A stretch of DNA of 63,985 nucleotides, filler included, from Conidiobolus incongruus B7586 (taxonomy: Eukaryota): the NCBI GenBank assembly GCA_000697335.1. It is 12 parts of 12 records of this genome, joined end to end, with 100 filler letters (N's around TTAATTAATTAA, not from the genome) between each part and the next. Parts side by side here need not be neighbours in the genome. Positions count along the whole stretch, not along the records: positions 53,510 to 59,634 come from JNEM01007075.1; positions 59,735 to 62,767 come from JNEM01007076.1; positions 62,868 to 63,985 come from JNEM01007094.1; 9 more parts are not named here. One strand, 5' to 3'. Numbering within the stretch: the first letter of the stretch is position 1; the number at the start of each line of letters is the position of its first letter. The notes under the pieces were generated by a model. It was not told the origin of the DNA and made no database searches. It was given only the letters and a program-made list of their open reading frames with translations. The position numbers were made by a program, and so were the translations under genes. Positions 53,510 through 63,985 of this stretch are shown here, piece after piece.

Positions 53510-54956
53510 AAATATATTTAGATATATATAGTAAACTATTAGCAAAAATATTAACCCTTAATATTTAACTAAGGTGAGTCATAAATTTACAGGTTTTTGA
53601 GATAAAAGGATATATTTAATAATATATAACCATATCTTTTTTCTCTCTTTGCTATTATTTTATATTATATCTTACAAATATACTAAATCTTTTTTATTAG
53701 TATCATTATACCTAAATCCCTCTCTATAAAAATCTACTTGTGCATTAATTAACTTTATAAAAAAGGTAAATTAACTTGTGATATTGCTAGAATAACTAGT
53801 GTTAGCTAGTTTACTATAGCTAAGGTTGTTAAGAATAACAATAAAAAAACATTTAAACTTAGATTTAAGTGTGTTAAGATTATAGATAAACATAATAAGA
53901 AGTATATCTATAAGTTGGTTAGTATAAGCAAGTGTAATATTACTGTAGAAATATAACAGGAACTGTAAAACTATACAAGAATATTAGTTAGCATTGATAC
54001 TATTATATGTGTTTTATATTAGCATAGATATCACTCACACTTTAAGAAAAAACACCCCCAATTAAAGAAATCCTATTATAAAACTAGGTAAAAGTTTAAA
54101 TATTGCTATTAATATTAAACTAAAACTAATTAAAGTAAGGTTATTTAGTTTGATGAAACAAAAATATACTTTAATAGACTTGATAAAAAAGCTAGATACT
54201 TTAGAAAAGATGCAGAACTATTTTATAACCATTATGTTAATTTTACCCAAAAGTACAATGGTGGGTTAATTATTATTTGGGGATGTATATTGTTTTTAGG
54301 TGTAAGGTATCTTTATAAAGTTATTGGGGGAATTAATACTAAGATGAATTAAAGTATTCTAAACAATGAATTAAAAAAAAAACCATTAAATAATATAGGT
54401 TAAATATATCTGATATTATTTTCTAGCAAGATAATACTTTTTACTATATTATAGCTTTTACTACTAAATAGCTTAAAAATAACAAGATAATAGTTATGAA
54501 ATAACCTTTTTAATCTCTTAACTTTAATCTAATTAAACACTTTTAGGATTAATTAAAAAAACCTATTAAAGTTTTCCCTTTAGCTAAAGATTTAAATCAA
54601 CTTTAAAAATATGTTCAAGAAATATAAAACAAGATTAACCTTTTTTAATATAAGAAGTTAATTGATTCTATACCCCACAAACTTAAAGAAGTTAGAAAAG
54701 CTAAAAGTAGATACATTAGGTTTTAATTTTTTTTTATCACCAAAAACCCACAAATTTATAACTTATGCTAGATAAAATTTAAAAGTTTATATTTTAGTCA
54801 ATTAATAGCTAAATATCATCATTTAATGATATATATAATTAATAAATATTATATATTTTAATTATTTAATTTAGATTTATTTCATTAAATATTAATCAAG
54901 TTATTAGTAAAAATATAAGTGTTTTTGATTTTATAACTTACTTTTGTGGGTTAGTG
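53510..54956 (+). mobile_element. Degenerate Tc1 copy (5' TIR falls in the gap)
   Basis: Relics F*QDN and MK*PF*SLNFNLIK (consistent with WPPQSPDLNPIE), with 34-codon spacing. 3' TIR followed by TA. Confidence 0.93.
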
Positions 54957-56670
54957 TATATATATTTATATATATTTTAAAATTAGATTTTATCCTAATT
55001 TTCTTAATTAAAAATTTAATATTAAATTTAAATAAAATTAAATTAATTAATATTTATAAATTATTTAGTATTTTGATATATAAAATATATAATCATTATT
55101 TATTTAAAATTATTTAAAATTTACAGGTAATTTATAAAGCTTTGTTTAATAATATTTATTATTTATATATATCAATTTATAGTAATAGATAATATTACTT
55201 AAAAATGACTTTAATGAAAATATTAATTTTCAAGAATATTTCTTTAATACTCAATAAATAAAAAAATATTAAGCAAATATCTTTATATCTTAACTAATAG
55301 AATATTTAGGCTTAGTTTAAGCAATATAAAAATTAAGTTGATATCTTATATCTGAGTATAAATTTAAAATTAAATTCAAAATTAATATAGCTAAAAAAAC
55401 TTATTATTATATAACCCAAATCAGAGGTTTTTAATTAAATAATTATATTTGCTAAATTTTGAATTCTTTTATATAATGCTTGATTTAAAAACAAAAATAA
55501 AATTTTGAACTATGATATATTAATTTAATCAAAAATATAATAAAAAAATATTATATAATAAAGTCAGTTAATATTATTATAATAGGTTTTAATATTATAT
55601 AATTTTTTTATTTAAATCCTGAATTAAAAAAATTATATGATATTTTATTTAAATAAATTTTCAATGATATTTTTATTATAAAATATTCAAAGATAAAATT
55701 ATTGAAATTATATATTTAATAAGAATTAAAAGAAGATTTATTTATTATATAAAATAGATTATATTCAATATTATTATAATTTTATTACATAATTACACAA
55801 AATACTTTTAAACAAATATATTTTATTAATCAATCAATTAATATATAAAATATTTTAATTCTAAAAAGAAATTTTCAAAAAATTAATAATTTACCAAAAA
55901 TATGACAAATTTGTTAATAATAGGATAGTATATTATTTATATTTATTAATATTTCAACTCTATTTTGATCTTTGTATTTACTCTTATTATTATATATATT
56001 ATTATTTATTATTTTTAATATTGTTATTACTTTGTAGTTCAATAATAGGAGTTTTTTGTAATTTAAAATAAATAAAAAATTTGATATATAATATATAAAA
56101 AAGGTATATAATTTATATTAAATTGATTTTTTATTATTATTAGCTTTTTGTTATATTTTTATAAACCTTTAATATATAAAAATTAGTTTTGTTTATTAAA
56201 GATCAAAATTGGATATTTTATATATTAATTAAATTTTTTGATCAAAATATTTTTTTGTTAGCTAATTATTTAATTACCTAAATCAATTATATTGATATAA
56301 TTTATAATTTAAGGAATATATTAGATATGTTAGTCTTTTCCAGTTATTTTTAATCAAAGAGTTTTTATAACTTTAAATTTATATATTTTGCAATTATTTT
56401 ATAAATAATAGGTCTAGTTATATTATCTTACAAATACCAAAAAAATATACTTTTACTTTAAAAAAATAATATAAAGTTTAATATTAATTGATTTTTTTTA
56501 AATACTATATAAAAAAAGCATATATAATTAAAATCTATTATAATATTATTATAAAGATTAAAAAATGTCAAATTTTTTAATTTCTAATGTTTCAAATATA
56601 TTATATATTTTGAAAGACTTTTTATATATAAAATATATAAGAAAATAAATATTTTCAAAATATATATATA

Positions 56671-58236
56671 TACTAGCCCACAAAAATAAGTCATAAAATT
56701 AAAAATATATACATTTCTATTAATATCTTAATCAATTCTAATTTGAATAAACTTATAATAAACTATATAATTAATATATATTCTTTATTTATAATATAAT
56801 ATATAAAGTTAAATTTAATTAATTATTAATTGATATATTAATACTAAAAGTATAATTATGGTGAGTTATAAATTTACAGGTTATAATATTGATAGAAAAA
56901 TTAATATCTATAATATTTACCTTTTGTTTTTCTAATTTCTTTAAGTTTATAAGGTATAGAGTTAACTAGCTTCTTATATTAAGCAAAACTAATATTATTC
57001 TAAGCTTCTTAAATATACTCCTAAAATTAATTTAAATTTTTTGCTAAGGGGAAAACTTTAATAGATTTTTTTAGTTGATCCTAAAGATATTTAATTAGGT
57101 TAAGATTAAGAGATTAAAGAGGATATTTCATAATAGTTATTTTGTTATTTTTAAGCTATTTAATAGTAGAATTTGTAGTTTAATAAAGTATATTATCTTG
57201 TTAGAAAATAATATTTGATTTTTTTAATCTATACCACTCAATACTTTTTTTCAATTTATTGTTTAGAATATTTTAGTATATCTCAACATTAATTCCCTTA
57301 TCAACCTTATAAAGATACTTTATACCTAAAGATAACATACATCCCTAAATTATAATTAACCCACCATTATATTTTTAGGTTATAATAACATAATGGTTAT
57401 AAAGTGGTTTTTTATCTTTTTTGAAATATATATCTCTTTTATTAGATTTATTAAAATATATCTTTGTTTCATTAGACTAAATAACTTTACTCTAGTTAAT
57501 TTTAGTTCAACTTTAGTATTGACATTTAAACTCTTACTTAATTTTATAGTGGGACTTCTTTAGTTAAAGGTGGTTTTTCTTGAAATATAAGTAGTATCTA
57601 TTTTAACATAAAGTATATATAATAGTATTAGTACTAACTAATATTCTTGTATAGTTTTATAATTTTTGTTATATTTCTACAATAGTATTATATTTATCTA
57701 TATTAACTAATTTATAAATATACTTTTTATTATGTTGATCTATAATTTTAACATGCTTAAGTTTTAATTTAGGTGTTTCTTTGTATTATTCTTAATAACC
57801 CTAATTATAATAGATTAGCTAACATTAATAATTCTAGTAATCTTATAAGTTGATTTATTTTTATTATAAAGTTGATTCATTTATAAGTGAACTTTTTTAG
57901 AGAGAGATTTAAACATTATAATATTAATTTTAAAATATTAGCTTAATAGTTTTATAATATATAAAATATAATAAAAAAAAGAAGATATATATAAGTTTAG
58001 TTATTTATGCCCTTTTAACTTATATACCTACAAACTTATAACTCACCTTGGTTAAATTTTAGGTTTTGATATATTAACTAATAACTAATGTAATATAATT
58101 AAATATAATTAATTATAATCAATTAATATAGGTAAATTATATATTTTAATTTAAATGTATTTAATTAGCAATTTTTTAAGATATAAGTAAATATTTAAGA
58201 AATTTTAATTTTATAACTTATTTTTACAGGCTAGTG
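56671..58236 (-). mobile_element. Full-length Tc1 copy, diverged subfamily (TIR CACTAGCC...)
   Basis: 1566 bp with both TIRs and TA flanks. Subterminal sequence differs from the main family. Confidence 0.9.
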
Positions 58237-58246
58237 TATATATATA

Positions 58247-61200
58247 TATTAACCTATAAAAGTAAGCTATAAAATTAAAAACACTTATATTTTTACTAAT
58301 AACTTGATTAATATTGAATAAAATAAACTTAAATTAAATAATTAAAATCTATTATATTTATTAATAATATATATCATTAAATAATAATATTTAGCTATTA
58401 ATTGTTTAGAGTATAAATTTTCAAATTTTACTCAAGATTAGTTATAGATTTGTAGGTTTTTGATGATAAAAAAATTAAAACCTAGTTTATTTACTTTTAG
58501 CTTTTCTAACTTCAAGTATATAGGATATAAAATCAATTAACTTCTTATATTAAAAAGGGTTAATTTTATTTTATGTTTTTTAAATATATTTTTAAAGCTG
58601 ATTTAAATCTTTTGTTAAAGGGAAAACTTTAATAGCTTTTTTTAACTAATCTTAAAAATATTAAATTAAATGAAGGTTAAAAAATTAAAAAAGCTACTTT
58701 ACTACCATTATTTTATTATTTTTAAACTATTTAATAATAAAAGTTATAATATAATAAAAGATATTATCTTATTAGAAAATAATATTAAATTTGTTTAATC
58801 TATACTATTTAATGTTTTTTTTCATTTATTATTTAAAATATTTTAGTATATCTCAACATTAATTCTCTTATTAACTTTATAAAAATATTTTATATTTAAA
58901 AATAATATATATCCTTAAATAATCATTAACTTATTATTATACTTTTAGGTAAAATTAATATAATAGTTATAATATAGTGTTTTATTTTTTCTAAAGTATC
59001 TAGCTTTTTTATTAAATTTACTAAGGTATATTTTTATTTTATTAAATTAAATAACCTTATTTTAATTAATTTTAGTTAAATATTAATTATAATATTTAAA
59101 CTCCCATCTAATTTTATAATAAGATTTCTTTAGTTAAGGGTGTTTTTTTTAAAGTATATATAATATCTATATTAATGTAAAGTATATATAATAATATTAA
59201 TATCAACTAATATTTTTATATAGTTTTATAATTCCTATTATATTTTTACAATAATATTATACTTACCTATATTAACTAACCTATAAATATACTTTTTATT
59301 ATTTTTATCTATAGTTGTAATATACTTAAATTTAAGTTTAAATGTATTTTTATTGCTATTATTACCCACTTTAACTATAGTAAATTAACTAACACTAGTA
59401 ATTCTAGTAATATCAAGAGTTGATTTATTTTTTTATAAAGTTAATTAATATACAAATAGATGTTTAAAAATGGGATTTAAGTATAATAATATTAATAAAA
59501 AAATTTAATATATTTGTAAAATATTATATAAAATAATAACAAAGAGCAAAAAAAATATAGTGATATATTATTAAATTTATAACTTAATTTAGTTAAATAT
59601 AAAGGGTTAATATTTTTGTTAATAGTTTACTAAANNNNNNNNNNNNNNNNNNNNNNNNNNNNNNNNNNNNNNNNNNNNTTAATTAATTAANNNNNNNNNN
59701 NNNNNNNNNNNNNNNNNNNNNNNNNNNNNNNNNNACTAAATATATCAAAATATATTTATTTATTATTAAATAATTTACTTTAATTATACACTAACCTGTA
59801 AAAATAAGTTATAAAATCAAAAACACTTATATTTTTACTAATAACTTAATTAATATTTAATAAAATAAATCTAAATTAAATAATTAAAATCTATTATATT
59901 TATTAATTATATATATCATTAAATAATGATATTTTTCTATTAATTAACTAAAATATAAACTTTTAAATTTTACTTAAGATAAGTTATAAATTTGTAGGTT
60001 TTTGGTGATAAAAAAAAATTAAAACCTAGTGTATTTATCTTTAACTTTTCTAACTTCTTTAAGTTTGTAGGGTATAGAATTAACTAACTTCTTACACTAA
60101 GAAAAATTAATCTTGTTTTATATTTCTTAAACATAATTTTAAAGTTGATTTAAATTTTTAACTAGGGGGAAGTTTTAATAGTTTTTTTTAATTGATCTTA
60201 AAGGTGTTTAATTAGATTAAGATTAAAAAATTTAAGAAATTACTTCATAACTATTATCTTATTATTTTTAAGCTATTTGGTAGTAAAAGCTATAATATAA
60301 CAAGAAACATTATCTTACTAGAAAATAATATCAGATATATTTAACCTATATTATTTAATGGTTTTTTTCAATTTATTGTTTAGAATACTTTAGTATATTT
60401 TAGTATTAATTCCCCTATTAACTTTATAAAGATACCTTACACCTAAAAACAATATATATCCCCAAATAATTATTAACCTACCATTGTACTTTTGGGTAAA
60501 ATTAACATAATGGTTATAAAGTAATTCTGTATCTTTTTGAAGTATCTAGTTTTTTTATCAAATCTACTAAAGTATATTTTTGTTTCATTAAACTAAATAA
60601 CCTTACTCTAATCAGTTTTAGTTTAATATTAGTAACAATATTTAAACTCTTACCTAGTTTTACAATGGGATTTCTTTAATTAGGGGTGTTTTTTCTTAAA
60701 ATGTAAGTAGTATCTATACTAACATAAAGTATGTATAATAGTATCAGTGCTAACTAATATTCTTATATAGTTTTATAGTTCCTATTGTATTTCTTCAACA
60801 ATATTATATTTGCTTGTATTAACTAACCTACAAATATACTTCTTATCATGTTTATCTATAATTTTAACACACTTAAGTTTAAGTTTAAATGTTTCTTTAT
60901 TGTTATTCTTAACAGCTTTAGTTATAGTAAACTAACTAACACTAGTAATTCTAACAATATCACTAGTTGATTTAACTTTTTTATAAAGTTGATTAATATA
61001 CAAGTAGATTTTTTTAAAGAGGGATTTAGGTATAATGATACTAATAAAAAAAATTTAGTATATTTGTAAGATATAATATAAAATAATAACAAAGAGAGAA
61101 AAAAGATATGGTTATATATTGTTAAATATATCCCCTTATCTCAAAAACCTGTAAATTTATAACTTACCTTAGTTAAATATTAAGGGTTAATATTTTTACT

Positions 61201-61458
61201 AATAATTTACTATATATATCTAAATATATTTATTTATTATTAAATAATATATCTTAATTATATATTATAATTTCAAGTAATCTAATATATATAATTAATT
61301 TAGTTATTAATTAGTATATATATATTTTTGATTTTATGACTCATTTTTGCAGGTTAGTGTATATTATAATTTCAAGTAATCTAATATTTATAATTTTTTT
61401 TGTTATTAATTCAAATATATATATTTTTAATTTTATAACTTATTTTTATAAGTTAGTA
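58247..61458 (-). mobile_element. Tc1 copy that hosts another Tc1 copy (spans a gap)
   Basis: TIR at 58247. The tail is interrupted at 59788 and resumes at 61362, continuing to the TIR at 61458. Confidence 0.82.
59789..61359 (-). mobile_element. Full-length Tc1 copy (1571 bp) with TA target duplication
   Basis: TA|CACTAACCTGTAAAAAT...CATTTTTGCAGGTTAGTG|TA. Confidence 0.95.
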
Positions 61459-62867
61459 TATATTTAATTTTAATTAATATTTTATTAAAATTTTTTTGTT
61501 TTAAAATTTAAATTTAAATTAATTTATATTTAAATTAAAATTATAATTATCAAAAAGTTTTTATTTTGGTATCTATAAAACTAAACTATAAACCTTTTAG
61601 AATTATCTAAAACTTATAAATAGCTTATTAAAATGGTGTTTTATCTAAAACTACCATATATTAATAGATTTATTATTTTAAAGCTAAAAGGAATATTATT
61701 TAAAATTTATTAAAATCTAAAAGACTAATTTCTATTATTATTTTTTCACTTACAAATAAAATAAAAAAACATATTAAGAAATACCCTTTTATTTCAATTA
61801 AAGAACTATCAAAGTAAATTAATATTAATTATATAAACATGTTATATTTACTTAAGTTTAAACTTAGATTAATTAATAAAAATATAAAATAGATACCTTA
61901 TAATTTAACAAAAGCTTAAAGGAAAACTAAAGTAATTATAGCTAAACTAAACTTATTAAGGTATAACCAAAAACAAAGTTTTTTAGAATAAATACTTATA
62001 ATTAATTGATTTTAGATTCCTTTATATAATTTTTTATTAAAAAATAAAATAAGATGTTAGGTTAACCTAAATTAATCTTTTTTATAAATTCTAATAAATT
62101 AATACTTTCAAAATCAATAAATTTTAATTATTTTAATGGAATATAAAAATATATAGTCTTTTTATATAATATCTTATGAAAAGTCTATTAATAGTAAATT
62201 ATATATTACCTTTTTAAATAAAAAAATCTTTAAATGATGTTCCTAATATAAATTAAAGATAACTATTATTTTATATAAAAATTGCAAAATATATAAAACT
62301 AAAGCTATATAAGTTTATTTATATAAAATAAAATAAGAGAGTTATTATATTTAGTATATTCACTGAATTATAGATTATATAATTATAATTGTTTTAAATA
62401 ATTAAAAATATAGCTTGTAAGAAAAAGAATTCTTGCAAATAAATTAAATTGGTTTGTAAAATATTAAATTTCAGTCCTTAATAAAAAAACTATTTTTTAA
62501 GTAATAGAAGCTTATTAAAAATATGAAAAAAGGTTATTAATAATAAAAAAGGCTGTTAATTTTATATTATTAGTCTATTTTTATATATTATTTATAAATT
62601 AATTTATTTAATTATAAATTCAAAATTTTGCCATTTTTAATTTTTATATTAATAATTAATATTTGTTTATTAATATATTATTTAATTAAAAAGATTTATA
62701 AAAGGTTGATTTAATTTAATCTTATATTTTAAATTATATTTTAATAAAAAATTATATAAAGCTTAAANNNNNNNNNNNNNNNNNNNNNNNNNNNNNNNNN
62801 NNNNNNNNNNNTTAATTAATTAANNNNNNNNNNNNNNNNNNNNNNNNNNNNNNNNNNNNNNNNNNNN

Positions 62868-63985
62868 ATATACTAAATTTTTTTTATTAGTATCATTATA
62901 CCTAAATCCCTCTCTAAAAAAATCTACTTATATATTAATCAACTTTATAAAAAAAATAAATCAACTTATAATATTATTAAAATTACTAGTGTTAGTTAAT
63001 TTACTATAGTTAAAGTTATTAAAGATAACAATAAAAAAACATTTAAACTTAAACTTAAGTGTGTTAAAATTATAAATAAATATGATAAAAAGTATATTTA
63101 TAGGTTAATTAATATAAGTAAATATAGTACTATTGTAGAAATATAACAAGAATTATAAGACTATACAAAAATATTAGTTAACACTAATACCATTATATAT
63201 ATTTTATATTAACATAGATATTACTTATATTTTAAGAAAAAACACCCCTAATTAAAGAAATTTTACTATAAAGTTAAATAAGAGTATAAATATTATTACT
63301 AATGTTGAATTAAAACTAATTAAAGTAAAGTTATTTAATTTAATGAAACAAAAATATATTTTAGTAGATCTAATAAAAAAACTAGATATTTTAAAAAAGA
63401 TAGAAAATTACTTTATAATTATTATGTTAATTTTACCTAAAAGTATAATAGTGGGTTAATTATTATTTAAGGATATATATTAATTTTAAGTGTAAAGTAT
63501 CTTTATAAAGTTAATAGGGGAATTAATATTGAAATATACTAAAGTATTCTAAATAATAAATTAAAAAAAAACCATTGAATAATATAATTTAAACAAATCA
63601 AATATTATTTTTTAGTAAGATAATGCTTTTTAGTATATTATAACTTTTACTACCAAATAGCTTAAAAATAATAAGATATTAGTTATAAAGTAGTATTTTT
63701 AATTTTTTAACTTTAATTTAATTAAACACTTTTAGGATTAGTTAAAAAAACTATTAAAGTTTTCCCTTAACAAAAAATTTAAATCAACTTTAAAAATATA
63801 TTTAAGAAATATAAAACAAAATTAACTTTTTTTAATATAAGAAATTAATTAATTCTATACCCTATAAACTTAAAGAAGTTAGAAAAGCTAAAGGTAGATA
63901 TATTAAGTTTTAATTTTTTTTATCACCAAAAACCTACAAATTTATAACTCACCTTAGGTAAAATTTAAAGGTTTATATTTTAACC
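62868..63985 (+). mobile_element. Degenerate Tc1 copy running off the window
   Basis: Collinear with 53680-54800. Confidence 0.9.

Larger units (their letters stand above)
56549..62649 (+). mobile_element. mariner copy split by Tc1 insertions (pieces about 56549-56670 and 61459-62649)
   Basis: The two pieces join to about 1313 bp, collinear with the reverse complement of 51175-52489. K*IPYNLT (WIPH-like motif) at about 61888. Confidence 0.85.

Noticed and set aside
53510..54956. Stop-codon reassignment as an explanation for in-frame stops in the transposases
   Set aside because: The stops vary between copies and accompany many missense transitions, and host genes use the standard code.
59789..59800. 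TIR beginning CACTA, suggesting a CACTA/EnSpm element
   Set aside because: TA target duplication, 1.57 kb size and DD34E transposase relics identify it as Tc1.
11123..62867. Recurrent TTAATTAATTAA motif between N runs
   Set aside because: Artificial six-frame-stop scaffold linker, identical at all 11 gaps.

Overview
This is a very AT-rich fungal scaffold (Zn2Cys6 transcription factor, short GT-AG introns of about 50 bp; an early-diverging, possibly Conidiobolus/Entomophthorales-like fungus is my inference only). Bases 1-10.3 kb are a compact housekeeping block: SMC4, tRNA-Trp(CCA), MAM33, an NCE101-like gene, an unknown low-complexity protein, NAT9 and a kappa-class GST. From about 11 kb the window is a transposon graveyard: about 10 copies or fragments of a 1.57 kb Tc1 (DD34E) element, several 1.3 kb mariner (DD34D) copies, and Ty3/gypsy chromovirus remnants with LTRs. 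A few isolated genes sit in this region: a lid-less Hsp70, an Hsp70 pseudogene, a secreted Ser/Thr-rich protein and a Zn2Cys6 TF. The strongest signal is directional C>T/G>A hypermutation of repeats. One LTR copy has lost all 7 CpGs present in its sister copy, and transposase motifs are recovered by reversing transitions, which points to a RIP-like or methylation-driven genome defence. Other notable items are a solo LTR 10 bp upstream of the tRNA gene (Ty3-like targeting) and a three-level nested transposon stack. The eleven N-TTAATTAATTAA-N blocks are assembly spacers.
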